The notes: generated by a model not told the origin, from the sequence alone. DNA of 63,481 nucleotides, filler included, from Rhabdomonas costata (GCA_019059605.1; 47 parts of 47 records of this genome joined end to end with filler, not necessarily neighbours in it), one strand, 5' to 3'; counted from the first letter of the whole stretch, positions 1 through 12,473 are shown. Made by a program: numbers and translations.

Positions 1-763
1 TGGCCCCTGGGGTTTGAAGTGCCTCTGATTGATGCGTCCGAGGAGGATGCCTCGGCGGACCGCGAAATGAGGCACTGGGTGGTCCGGCTCAGTGCGGACT
101 TCAGGATGATGGAGGTGCGAGCCTTCGCCGAGTCCCGGCTCGCGGAGCCCGTGCCGGTTGCGATCCCCACGGACGCTCCTCGAGGGCAGGTCATGGTTAC
201 CCTGCAGCCGAAGGCGGCGGTGCAGGTGGACCCCTTGCCACAGCTTGAGCCCGTTTTCACTCCGCTGCTGGCATTGGTCGAGGCAGGCTCTTCGTTACAA
301 AGGTTTTTGTCCTGGCCTCTTCACTTGGCTTAGTGTGCTTTTTTCTATAGCACTTTTGACTTCCTGCCCCGTTCTGCTGGTAGAACGTCCATTTGTCCTT
401 GGTTTTGGGTTTTTACGGTCTTAAGTGAAAGCGATTTGAACCCCGAACACCTCTCCCAGGCTCTCTGGGGATGGGCCAAGGATGAGTGTTCGAAGAGTGA
501 TTGTGTCTTTGTCAACTCGGTCGTGCGCATTCCTAACAGCGGCAAGGCCTCCCCGTTGCTGTGTGGCGTGGAGACTCCCTCCCTGTCAGTGCCGGGGCGG
601 GGCTTCCCTGCGGGGGGCCTGGCCCTGGCCCCGGTACGGGAGTACGGGCGATGGTACTTTGAGTTGCAGCGGGTGCCTCCCGAGGCGGGGGTGAAACTCG
701 GGGTGTGCTCCCGCAACGCCGCAGGCCGCCTGGCGAAGTGGCTGTTGTGCAGCGGGGATCCAG
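1..763 (+). CDS. Two exons of a hypothetical protein with a possible SPRY-like segment
   Basis: Exons <1-282 and 460-763 join in frame through a putative GC-AG intron 283-459; second exon has GRWYFEL...GVKLGV and ends at CAG|GTCTG. Confidence 0.4.
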
Positions 764-1253
764 GTCTGTAGGACGCTTCTGGCGCACAACTATCCAAAGT
801 GAACCCTTTCCCCCAATTCCCAATGCAGATGATGGGGTACGGTAGGGGGTTAGGTTGCGGTGCACAGGTAGGCTAGCGTGTCCATGTGTGCGAGCCCCCT
901 GCAGCATAAAACAGTCGGCGATGCTCTCTGGGATTCCAATACGGAGTTGGAGGGCGATGCAAGTGTCCAGTGAGACCCTTGGGAGATCAGTTCAGGGGTT
1001 CGCCTGGGGCACTTATGTCATGTTCATCTCCAAGGTGAACTGAACGAGCTGAGAAAACGTTCTCGAGAAGAACCGCATTGTAATTGGAAACTGGGATGGA
1101 CCAATTCTATTCCATATTCTATCCTTCCCCATCTTTTGTTCTGGGGCTCTGCCTTTTCCGTGGTTTTCGCGAAGTTATTTGTGAGCGCTGGTATAGATAG
1201 ATGGCATATGTGGAGCCACCCAGAACGAAGACGAGCAAAAGAGAACCACCCAG

Positions 1254-1353
1254 NNNNNNNNNNNNNNNNNNNNNNNNNNNNNNNNNNNNNNNNNNNNTTA
1301 ATTAATTAANNNNNNNNNNNNNNNNNNNNNNNNNNNNNNNNNNNNNNNNNNNN
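1254..1353. other. Artificial contig spacer N44-TTAATTAATTAA-N44 (first of ~46, recurring every ~1.35 kb)
   Basis: Same 100-bp block with a six-frame-stop core recurs throughout the window and separates unrelated contigs of near-identical length. Confidence 0.98.
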
Positions 1354-1394
1354 GTTGGACAGCAGAAACGGGGAGTGGCGGGGAGAGAGCGTAT

Positions 1395-2605
1395 CTAAAG
1401 AAAGCGAAGTGTGTTCAGCAGAAGAGTCACGGTGACGTCCAGCGGGCTCGGGGAAACACAGAAGTGCAGACAGTCCATGATGTGGCGGTGGATCACCTTC
1501 CGCTTCATGGTGTGCATGTCAGGGCGGAGCATTAGCAGAGCGGCCTGGTCTAGCAGTACGTGGTGGGGGCTCCACGTGGGCTGATAAATGTTAATCATGG
1601 AAAAGACAACGCTGAAAACATATTCTGTCAATGAAGCCCAGCTCCCATCCTGCCCCCGCGCTACTGAGAATTTATAATCCCCAAAAGCACTCGCACACAC
1701 TTTCCACCGCAATTGTTTGCAATCCACAAAACCGCTGGATATTTCCTGGAGGACCGAAGGAGAACCGCCATACCGAACAGACCACCCTACGAAGTGTCAG
1801 TTTTAAGGTCAATGGAAGTTCGTTTAGGAGGGAAAACGGAATTGGGAAAACAAATTGAAGCCAGAAGAAGAAGTAAGTGTTTTTTTGGGGGTGGGGGAAG
1901 ATAAAACCATCAAACAGGAGACCGAAGACCTCTTCAGTACCAAGACCGACACTGCGACCGCAGCGTAATGATTGGTGAGACGGTCGAAGTGGGAGAAGGA
2001 GAATGCAATGCGTAAGTGACGGGTGTTGTGGTTCAAGCAAATTCGTTTGAGGGGAGACAGAACAACAAGAATTCCCCCTGCAAAAGCAAAGACCAGGACA
2101 CCAGATTTAAAGATGCTGCAGTGCAGTACCCAGTTGGGACGATTGAAGTTGACTGTTGGAAGGAGTACCTGTACAAACGCCAGGCCCAGAAAATGATGAG
2201 ACCTGCTAAAATAACCCTGAATTAGGGTCAGCGTTGTTTACCCAAAGTGGCAACACCCAGTCACAAAAAAGCGGGGTTCGAAAGAGCCTCGGTCAATCGC
2301 CGCACCTGATCGCGGATTAGCAACTGCCGAATCTCCTCTATTTTGTGCCACCCGTACACCGAGTTGTTGCGGAGGTGCTCCACAGGTGGCCTGGTCAGGG
2401 GTTTCTGGGGGAACTCCCAACACTTGGGGTGCCCCGCGGACTGGGTGATCCAGATGATGGGGTGCTCACGGTACAGGTGCCGGAACACCCGGAACTGCTC
2501 CACAATAGCGGTCATCGATGGGTACTTCGTTGTGTTCACTGCAACCACGCACAAACCGCGGTACAAGCCACCCCACGCAAGTTTCGCCCTCTCGTCGTTA
2601 TTTGA
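1395..2605 (-). CDS. PC-esterase / trichome-birefringence-like (TBL) O-acetyltransferase, C-terminal part
   Basis: Exons ~2605-2306 (...GHPKC...LLIRDQ|GTGCG) and 1580-1395 (CAG|PTWSPHHVLLDQAALLMLRPDMH...DCLHFCVSPSPLD...stop), phase 0; RPDxH...DCxHxC..PxD is the TBL C-terminal DxxH motif. Confidence 0.7.
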
Positions 2606-4875
2606 NNNNNNNNNNNNNNNNNNNNNNNNNNNNNNNNNNNNNNNNNNNNTTAATTAATTAANNNNNNNNNNNNNNNNNNNNNNNNNNNNNNNNNNNNNNN
2701 NNNNNGGTGGGTGGTCAAAAGAAGCGTTTCTGTTCCCCTTGGACCGGCTCTACAGCTGGTGCAGACTCAAGCCAAAGGGCCGTGCTGAGGTGAAGGTGAC
2801 GCCTGTAAAAGCTTTTGCTCTGCTCCGCCTTGTAAAATTGGAAAGTGGATGCAGACAACATCGACCCGAGGCGAAAATTTGGCTTGAAGTGCAGTTTTTT
2901 TTACATTATGCTGCAAAACATTGCATTCATTACATTCTGCAAAAATGGATTTTTAGCATATTTCATCGCATTTCTTTGCGCCGCCGGTTGCATATTTCTG
3001 GTTTTGGGCCGCAGCTTTCGGGCGAGTCTAATGATGGAAGGCCCTTCTCGCTCTCGCTGTGCGCCCCGGGCATACTGGAGGAGCCTCACAGGAAGGCTCG
3101 CAGGCTGAGCTGGGCCGCCGCTTTGAGGCCGGAGGCCGCAGCGGCTGCCAATAGAGCTGGAGGTGCCGCGGGTCGACGGCAGACTCGGCGTGGTCCTCAA
3201 CGTGACCGGTGAGCTGGAAGCTAGGCTTGTGTGACCTGTATTTTAGTGCTGACCGCTTCTGCGTGCAGTAATACTGCGTTCGGTTATTGTGTTAATACCA
3301 TGAAACGGAATACAGGATTCTCGCTGTACTTGCCAGTGTCATAGCGGGCTTGTTGGAATTTGAAAGAATCGCTGTTGGGACACCGGCGTGCAGATGGGGC
3401 TGATGGGGTTCCAGTTCTTGTCTTATAACAAAGCCGAAAGCACAATGATGAGCCCACTACGGTGCCAGCTTGAAGCACCTCGGCTCTAGAGACGACTTCA
3501 CTTTGGCTCTGTTCTGCTTCATGTCCCCGTCCAGTGTTTTGTGGCACCTTGCGTTTTTAATCGTTTTGAACCACCCCCACACCCATGTCCTGTAGTGGGA
3601 TTTCCTTGTGGTATGCAGCAGGCCTGGCTGCTGAAAGCTCAGCCTGCAAAGGTATAAAAAGGGCACCCCAGGCCCTTGAGAATTCCAAAACTTGCAGGGT
3701 GAATGCTCGGCACAGAAAAGAAGTCGGAGGCCACTTAAAACCGCTCAACAGTTCAACGAGTTCATACTATGGTTCCCCAGATGGGAAGAGACCCACCAAG
3801 GCTGGTTGCATTCAGTTGCGATTTATTTCCGTTTTTTTTGTACACTGGATGCACCAGCGGGTGTTCACTTACCCATTGAACGAAAACGCATCTTTGGTTT
3901 CCTATGAACCGTTGCCCTTCTGTTGCTATGTCATGCACCCAGGCCGTTCACACCCCACCNNNNNNNNNNNNNNNNNNNNNNNNNNNNNNNNNNNNNNNNN
4001 NNNTTAATTAATTAANNNNNNNNNNNNNNNNNNNNNNNNNNNNNNNNNNNNNNNNNNNNGTTGTGTGGGAGGGTTCATCATGCAGTGGGAGGGTTCAAAA
4101 TGCACACTCAAACTCACTCACTGCATGATGAACCCTCCCACACATATAAGCACTCTGTGGGTGGGTGTTAGAGGAAGAATAGAGTTCTTTGTTGTGTTTT
4201 TTTAAGAACGCTATGCCTTCTCATCCCGTGCATCAAAATTGGGTTCTAAAAAAGTTCCTGATCCTCCGCGGATTCAAGGAAATGCAAAGCAGCGATCAAG
4301 CGACACCACAAGCGACTCCGGAATCCCGCAATAGGCCCCCTCCCTCCGAAAGCTCCTTCAGTCCAAGTAACACGAAGCGCTGCACCATATACAAGCACAG
4401 TCACACGCACGCAGGCACACCGCTGCAGCAGTCCAGGAAGTTGCAGTTCAGCGAGCCGCACACCCGCGCCGAGTGGAAGGAATAATTGCCCGCGGGGCAG
4501 CTGTTCAGCGGGTACCCGTACCCCGAGTAGAACTCACCGCACGTCGGGTTGGCTGCACCCATAAAGAACCCAAAAAAATAAACACACGCACATACACACG
4601 ATCACTACGCGCACAAATACGACCAGTGCCTGGGGTGTGGCAAAGAAGGCACAGTGCAGCCCTATCAGCGGCGAGAACAACAACACAAAATGCGCACGCT
4701 ATGCACTTGGCAAAAATGATATTTTTCTTGAGGACAACTCGAGGTGCCCTTCCTCCACATGAGCTACCCACGACTCGATGCACAACGAGTCATGCCAGGC
4801 CGAACTGTCATTCCTCCCCAAGGGCACCCCAATGTGCACATGCCCACTGGGAGGTGGGACAACCCCCACCAATCG

Positions 4876-4913
4876 CACACACACACACACACATACACAC
4901 ACACACACACACA
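4876..4913. repeat. (CA)n microsatellite
   Basis: Directly visible. Confidence 0.9.
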
Positions 4914-4963
4914 CTCGCTCTCCATCGCAACCGCATGCGCGCTCGCTCGCTCGCTGGGAGCAC

Positions 4964-5062
4964 CTGCGCAGCACTCGGCGACGTCACAGGTGGTGCAGGG
5001 CTGCCTGGGGCCGCTCAGAGTGAAGTGCACGGGGCAGGTCAGGTTGCTGCTGTCACACGTCG
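4964..5062 (-). CDS. Single 99-bp exon encoding a Cys-rich module (TCDSSNLTCPVHFTLSGPRQPCTTCDVAECC)
   Basis: CAG acceptor at 5063-5065, GTGCT donor at 4963, phase 1-1; same Cys pattern as the exon at 28599-28703. Confidence 0.6.
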
Positions 5063-5995
5063 CTGCGAGTGCGCATGCGCGTGAGGCCAACACACATCGC
5101 TCCCAACATTATGTTGCCATGGTCGAAGTTTGCTCGGATAGCTCAATAATAACAGCTTGATCACCGCACATACACAATGACGTAAAGCATTCTGAAACCG
5201 CCCCTTTCCCACAAAACACAAACAAACAAACGTGCACAGAAACCTACTCACCCAACCACACAGCTGGGTGTGTAGGTCTACCCCCCCCCCCGACCAGCAC
5301 GCTCCCACAAAACNNNNNNNNNNNNNNNNNNNNNNNNNNNNNNNNNNNNNNNNNNNNTTAATTAATTAANNNNNNNNNNNNNNNNNNNNNNNNNNNNNNN
5401 NNNNNNNNNNNNNTTGCGCGCGGCGGGCGAACATCAGCGCCCGATGCTGGCACTGGGGGTGATGGTGGAGTAGGGACAGGACGGTTATAGGCTCGAGAGG
5501 AAGTCCGATGTGTCCAGGGGGTAGTTTTTCGACTCGGATATAACAATTTGGAGCCGCGCAGGTAGATTGCATTCTTCCTAAATCGGAGCCGGTATGCGGG
5601 GTGTTTATCACCGCTAGTTAGCGGCCCTCTCAGCCTGTGTTCTTCCATTTGTTTTTGTTGCTGGTTCTTTCTCATTTTTCCAGCATCCTGCTAATGTCAC
5701 TCATGAGTGACAACACGGTCTACTCTGCCGAAATGTAGCTCAATTTGTTTTGCTCACCTTCTAAGGTGAGTTTCGAAAAGTCAGAATTCACTATGTGACG
5801 AGTTTCCAATCCTGGGAACGCTATAGCATCCGCGGGGGCCGGTCTGTGTGCAAATGTCATCTTTCATACAGTTTCATGTTGCTGAGGCTAATAGGATGCA
5901 TGTGTAACATTCTATGTTTTGCTACATTTTAGTGGAGGGCACGCACCCGGATGCCCTTTATTTTTCGCTCTGTCCTACACCCCCTACACCCACAG

Positions 5996-6238
5996 GAGAG
6001 GGTAGAGCAAGGCCGCCAGCTGGACTTCCAGGCCCATCGGGTGGAGTTGAGCTCTCGGGAGAACCGTCTCCTCAGGGACGGAGCACAGCAGCAGCAGCAG
6101 CAGCAGCAGCGCTCCCGGCGCCGTAGTGGAGTTGGTGGCGCGGCCGGTGGCGCGGAGTCCACTCCTCTGGAGAGAGGTCGGCCCACCGAAAGCCCCAGCA
6201 GCGGCCCCAGCCGCAGAGGGTCCCATGTGGGCCGGTCG
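5996..6238 (+). CDS. Exon of a hypothetical coiled-coil/low-complexity protein with polyQ
   Basis: CAG|ERVEQGRQLDFQAHRVELSSRENRLLRDGAQ8...GRS|GTGAGT; 243 bp, phase 0-0. Confidence 0.45.
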
Positions 6239-8283
6239 GTGAGTGCTCCACTCACAGCCGCAAAGGCACGTCAGGGAGAGAAAGAGAGGAGTGGTGAAGG
6301 TGAGGTTGGGGGAAAGTGAAGGCTGCCATTTCGGTGTACAGCTTTCCATGGCTGTGGTTTGGCGTAATTGTTTCTCTTCATCATGACGCGGATGTCAAGG
6401 TGACTTCTCCCGGCAACGTCAGCGCTTTCTCTGCTTATTGTTTGTTGAATAGTGAGCGATGGGCTCAAAGAGACTGCTGTTGCATTCCAGGGGGTCTTCC
6501 CCACAACTCGTAAATCTATCCTATACAATTCGGGAACGGCTCGTTTGGTGCCCAACGCGGCTCTCCAAATTTTGCATTGACTAAATCGCTTTCCTTTCTT
6601 CACTTTCTTTGTCTGATTCTGGCAGGCGCGTGTCAAGGTGGAGTATCCGATTTTGACACAACCCAAANNNNNNNNNNNNNNNNNNNNNNNNNNNNNNNNN
6701 NNNNNNNNNNNTTAATTAATTAANNNNNNNNNNNNNNNNNNNNNNNNNNNNNNNNNNNNNNNNNNNNGTTGGGGCCAGGGGCTACGTTTGTGTACTTTGG
6801 GGGTGCTGAACCAGGAGGGCGCTCGCGCGCGATGCCGAGAATATCGTGTATGGGTATGCAGTGTCTGGAAGAACTTGTCCTTGCGGTGTAGATAGTGGAA
6901 GTCAGGAGTGAGCGTTTCTTTTTGCGTGGGTGAGAATGTCTTTGCGCCAGCGGATGTTGCCCCGCTCCCTGATGCGCGGCCGCTGCGGCCGAACAGCCGA
7001 ACAGGGGGTGGTGTCCTTTCTGGCGCAGAGGCGGGTATGGGTTTGGTTGGTTTTTGCGTTGGGTTAGACGAAATTGATTGATGATTGGTGGGTGGGAGGC
7101 GTGTCTCTGCGTCTCTGCAGGTTAAGTCCACGAGAGGAAACCCACAAAAAACTTGAAGGAGTTGGGGTGGGGGTGCGGTGAGAAGTATGGAGGGAGGATG
7201 GGTATTGATGGGGGATGGATTCCACCCTGGGTGCGCACGCTCCGGGTCTTAATGGCCAACATTTGATTATCTTTTGCCTCCTCCTTTACTCAGAGGAAAG
7301 CCTCATCTTTAGGTGTATTGTAGGGGGAACCCTGGGAGGTCAGCACTGCAAGCGTTCTCAAGTCTGTTTACGTGCGCATGTGAGGATCCATTCCAAGGAG
7401 GCGTTTTTATTTTTATTTTATTTTCTTCTCTCCCCACCCCACCCCCACCCTACACAAAGTAATTTGAGTTGGCAGGTTTTTGGTATTTGTATTTTAAGTT
7501 TTCTCTTGGGATTTGGCACGCAAGTGGGTGTCCGCCTCTTTCCCATGGCCAGTGAGATGTTCGGCTGCTGTGAAGTTCCACTGAACGCATTTCCTCGCCG
7601 TCGTGCTCCTTCCTTCCCTCCATCTGAAATGAAGCACTGAGGTTGCAACACACACTCACACGCGGAAGCAGTTGTCCATCGAATTTGAGAGCGCTGGGGT
7701 GGTGAGAGGAGGTCAGCAAAGGGGGTGCGAGCATTGCGTGTCTTCCGAAAATGGGTGCGGAATTACTTTTAATTTAACGGTGGTAACGCGCGAAGCAACT
7801 GGTCCAAGGCACACATCCGCGCACAGCATCGGCGGCTGACTATGTATGATACAGAGTCCGCGAAAGGGTCCCCTCCCATTTTTTTCGGTGTAGCGCTTTC
7901 TGACATCAGCGCTGTCCATCTGGGAAGCGGCCATATCCTCACTGCAGAGTTCCCTCTTGCGCACAGGGGTGAGCTAGTGTTTGCATCTTATGATTCTTCT
8001 TTGGCTGGAGGTGCTGGGGGNNNNNNNNNNNNNNNNNNNNNNNNNNNNNNNNNNNNNNNNNNNNTTAATTAATTAANNNNNNNNNNNNNNNNNNNNNNNN
8101 NNNNNNNNNNNNNNNNNNNNTTTGGGTTGTTTTTTGCATTTCAAATAGCACTTTCATTCTACTAATTCGATATTTTGCGCAGTTGGTAGAAGGAACAAAT
8201 CTATTTGATTCCACAAGGCATTCTATACATGTTTCGAACTTTTTAAACAAACAGTGGCCTTTGGATGTCTTTCTCATGATTTA

Positions 8284-8723
8284 GTACAATGAAAGTGCTA
8301 TTTGAAATGCAAAAAGAAAGCTGAACTCCGATTATGTGCCAACTAAATTCAGGAAGTTTATAGTGTTATTGTTACTGCTTAAATTGAATCAGATAAGCGC
8401 ACATGCTTTTTGTGAGTATTATAGTAGTATAGATGAACTTAAACATGACGTGGTAAACACTGATATGCTCACACCTGCTACTGCTCTCCAATGTGTGCTT
8501 TTGTACAATGAAAGTGCTATTTGAAATGCAAAAAGAAAGCTGAACTCCGATTATGTGCCAACTAAATTCAGGAAGTTTATAGTGTTATTGTTACTGCTTA
8601 AATTGAATCAGATAAGCGCACATGCTTTTTGTGAGTATTATAGTAGTATAGATGAACTTAAACATGACGTGGTAAACACTGATATGCTCACACCTGCTAC
8701 TGCTCTCCAATGTGTGCTTTTGT
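8284..8723. repeat. Apparently exact 219-bp tandem duplication in an AT-rich contig
   Basis: GTACAATGAAAGTGCT... starts at 8284 and again at 8503; copies look identical by eye. Confidence 0.9.
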
Positions 8724-10165
8724 GCTTGTAGACTTACTGCTGTTTTTATGAAGTACTTTAAAGCTTAAACACTGGGTGTTGAAACATACTGCAAAGCCAA
8801 GTTGGAAATCACTACAATGAATATAACGTGGACTACTAGCAATCAGCTATTACTGAATCCACATCCATGTAATTGATAAGTCAACGAATATTGGCTTTTA
8901 TTTTAAGCACATCATTGTTTGTTTGACAAGATGTGCGATGAGATAATTGTCGCGTATTTTAAAGACAAAGACAAATTTACGTGCACGCACAGGTTCAGCA
9001 CCCAATCAGTAAAAGCCTGGACTACGTGACCACAACACATGCAATCAAATGAGAAATTACAACTATTTGCGATATATATTTCAATTTAGTGTATGATCGG
9101 AATTTGATATTTTCAAAAAATACCACAATAACGCTCTGCTTCTTACAGGAGTATTGTACTCACGGTTAACTGTCAATTGCTGTTTTACACATGAGCTGAA
9201 CCACATTATCTTAAACACTAAAGTGTGGGTTTTTGGGCTATTTGTAAATAGATATAACAAATAATTAAATAGATAAATAGATATAATTCCAAGTCAGGTG
9301 TTTAGATGAAGGTACTTATTGCGTTGTGGTTCCTCAATTATATACTATTTTTTAAGTATGTTTAGGGTACATTNNNNNNNNNNNNNNNNNNNNNNNNNNN
9401 NNNNNNNNNNNNNNNNNTTAATTAATTAANNNNNNNNNNNNNNNNNNNNNNNNNNNNNNNNNNNNNNNNNNNNTTTTGGTTTGTGCAAAAGAGAAGTCTT
9501 CTTCTCACTGGAGGTAAGAGTTAACCCAAACTGCAGCTCGCCAGCTCGTTTCCCCGAGTTTCTGTTGGGTGGGAAGATTGCTCTTTCTCACCTCTCTAGC
9601 GTGTTTTCTTTTCCCAAGGCCTCGGCTGTGGACCTGCCTGCGCTTTCGGCGTACCCCTTGCTGTGCCTAACCTACTTGCATGTCCGCGTGCACGGGGCAA
9701 GCTGCGCGCAGCAGGCGCGGCTGTTCGATTTTGTGAACTGGTGTGTGGGTGTATTTCCCCTAACAAGTCTACCACGCTAGGAGGGTCGGGCGCCCACGAA
9801 AAATATTCTTATAGTGCCCAGTGGGATTCGCAAGACTCCGACAGCTGTGTGATAAAATGACACAGACCCTATGGGCCTATTCTTATTGAGGGTTGGGTGG
9901 GGAAAGAATCGTCAGTCTTCGCCAGAAAAATGTTGTGTTCACCAAGTGCACAAAAGTCTGGATTCCCAAGCAGGATAGGAAAGCAGGGGCAGTGCACATA
10001 ACGACCACACTTTTCAGGGCGCAATCCTTTATAAATTTGTGTGTGTGTGTGTGTGTGTGCGTGCGCGCTCACCTTGGGCAATCGAATGCAGTAGCCTTAC
10101 ACACCCACCACTGGACGGGGTCTGTATTGCTAGCTTACTAACCACGTGAGGATTGCCTTTTTCAG

Positions 10166-10575
10166 GAGTAGTAGTTCCTCAACGACTCCAAGCAGTATTA
10201 CAAGTCTCTGGGTGTGATGGGAAGGCCCCATGACGACTCGGCGACAAATTCGAATTGACATGACGACTCGGCGACATATTCGCTTGCGCCCACCTGTGTC
10301 TGTAGGGTGCTGGTCAGCACGCCCGCCTCTGTCACGGCGCTGTCGATGGGATACTTCCCACTTCCCCCGGAGATTACTACGGCCGCGCTGTACCGCCTCA
10401 CTACGGGTCTGAGATGTGAGAGGGTCATTGCGGGCGGGGGCACCGCGGTGCAGCTGCTCCGCGAAGACGTCGCTGTGGTGTTCGGGCAGGGCTCGGCGCA
10501 GGCGATGGCTTTGATGGACATGCTGGTGTCTTCGTTCAGCTTGGCCTTCCCGTCGGCGCAGATGAACTTTGCCGG
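10166..10575 (+). CDS. Two exons of a hypothetical protein
   Basis: Exons 10166-10211 and 10306-10575 with compatible phases (QVSG|VLVSTPASVTALSMGYFPLPP...MNFAG|GTGAGT). Confidence 0.4.
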
Positions 10576-10967
10576 GGTGAGTGTTTGCGTTTTTGTGTGG
10601 GTGTGCGGAGCCCTCCTTTGTTTTGTTGCTGTACGAAGCGAGTGGTTTGAAGATGGGGGCGGACCGCCCATTCATGCAACTGTGCCGCTCTCTTGACGAT
10701 GAATTTTGCTCATCTCACTTACCCCTNNNNNNNNNNNNNNNNNNNNNNNNNNNNNNNNNNNNNNNNNNNNTTAATTAATTAANNNNNNNNNNNNNNNNNN
10801 NNNNNNNNNNNNNNNNNNNNNNNNNNATGTTTTTGTTGAGAAGGAAGGAAGCAATCACCGGCCCTCCATCGTTCGCGCGGAGAGCTTCGAACAACCCAGC
10901 AATAACGGATGCGGCCGACGAGCCCAATTCCACCCCATACACTCCGAGTACGAGTTGCGCGCGCACG

Positions 10968-10977
<10 letters not shown>

Positions 10978-11034
<57 letters not shown>
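10978..11034. repeat. (CAG)19 trinucleotide tract next to (CA)n
   Basis: Directly visible; lies just past the last GH18 exon, probably intronic. Confidence 0.9.
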
Positions 11035-11036
<2 letters not shown>

Positions 11037-11072
11037 CAAACCCCTCAAAACACACATACACACAAAGCAAAC

Positions 11073-12080
11073 CGCTGCGCACAGTGGAGTAGGTGGAGCG
11101 GTAAATCGCGATGGAGTGGGAGGCGTCCAGGTTGGACCAGTAGAACAGCCCTCCGTAGCCCTTGGAAACCACATCGCTGGCCAGCAGCCCCACCTTGTCC
11201 TCCTGGGTGCACCACCCCGAGGTCCCGCCAGAGCAGCCCCCGTACTGCGTGCCCAGCTCGGCGCCCACCAGGAGCTTCGCCACGGCCTCCGCAGAGGGCT
11301 TGCCCCACGACGTGAAGGCCTGCACGGCGAGCTTCATGCACACCCGGGGGTCCATGTTGGGCTCCCCGTCGTAGGTCATCAACTGCACCCGGTCGATGTC
11401 CGCCCAGTTCGTGCGGATCACTGCCAGGGCAACCCCCGAGCTGGCGTATGCCTGGGAGAGCGCAGGGCTGAACGCGGCTTGCACAGAGGCCGGGGTGCCG
11501 TATGCCGCGGCAAGCCCGCCCACGGTGAACGTGATGAGGTACTTGCTCGCAGGCATAGCCACGCGCAGGTAGTGGAGGACGTTGGTCTGAACCTGCAACC
11601 GACGGAGAAAACGTACGGTACGTGGGTACGTGCATTGGGATAACCCCAAGCCCAATTTTTCGGCTCCCAACCCAGAGAAATCCGAAATGCGAAAATGTGC
11701 CCACAGTAAATAGAACCCTCCAATCGTTGGCGATTGAAGCTTAAGCTTTAGGCCGAAACCACAACTAGATGCCCCAGAGGCCAATTTCGGTCAAATTCTG
11801 AGCTTTTTGGTTCCGCGGACCTCAGAAAGAAGGGAAGGCTGGCAGCTTCTTACGAGTCGCATGATAACATAACTGAATCAACAACATCTTTCGTCTGGCT
11901 CGACTCCGGTTCACAGGCTCCCAGTTGGAAAGAAAAAGTAAGTAATTCACGTGTACAGATGCGAGGGAACAGGCGCACCAACTCGCTTTGCCACTGGGCG
12001 GAAGTCTCGGCCTCGTAGTCGATGTCAATGCCGTGGGCGCCGAACTGGTCCACCCAGGACTTCACCTGCCCCGCCCACGT
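11073..12080 (-). CDS. Glycoside hydrolase family 18 (chitinase-like) fragment
   Basis: Exon ~12080-11979 has GAHGIDIDYE (DxDxE catalytic motif); GT-AG intron 11978-11593, phase 0; exon 11592-~11073 has QLMTYD and GYGGLFYWS. Confidence 0.85.
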
Positions 12081-12187
12081 NNNNNNNNNNNNNNNNNNNN
12101 NNNNNNNNNNNNNNNNNNNNNNNNTTAATTAATTAANNNNNNNNNNNNNNNNNNNNNNNNNNNNNNNNNNNNNNNNNNNNGGTGGGT

Positions 12188-12295
12188 TTGTATTGTATTG
12201 TATTGTATTGTACTATTGTATTGTATTGTATTATTGTATTGTATTGTATTGTATTGTATTGTATTGTATTGTATTGTATTGTGTGTATTGTATTG
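12188..12295. repeat. (TATTG)n pentanucleotide microsatellite
   Basis: About 20 near-perfect units. Confidence 0.9.
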
Positions 12296-12473
12296 CAGTG
12301 TCCATGTCTGCCTTCAAATTGTGTATCTCCTCTGCGCATGCGCAGACGCCAAAAAGCAGAGATTAAACTGCGCTGGTTGATTTAAAGCAGATGAACCTGG
12401 TGGAACCTGTGGAGGGAGGCGGGGCTGCGGGGCACTGCATCTCTGCACATCATTCATTTTTCCCTTCCGGCAG

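Noticed and set aside
1254..1353. Regularly spaced TTAATTAATTAA palindromes as a CRISPR-like or regulatory array
   Set aside because: Always embedded in Ns; an artificial six-frame-stop linker. ORFs ending in X...LIN or X...N are artefacts of it.
4060..4072. G/T-rich 5' and C/A-rich 3' contig tips as telomeres or nanochromosome ends
   Set aside because: Polarity is the reverse of real telomeres (C-rich 5', G-rich 3'), there is no fixed unit, and they are only ~5-15 nt; consistent with non-templated library tailing.
8725..9100. Alternative genetic code with stop-codon reassignment in the AT-rich contig
   Set aside because: Needs all three stops reassigned and yields no recognisable protein; other contigs use TGA and TAG as normal stops (PHPT1, EMC4, TBL).
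10855..11050. PolyL, polyQ, polyA and polyC ORF tracts
   Set aside because: Translations of a (CAG)19 microsatellite beyond the probable GH18 splice donor.
12182..12385. YCIVL / NTIQY repeat ORFs
   Set aside because: Translations of the (TATTG)n microsatellite.
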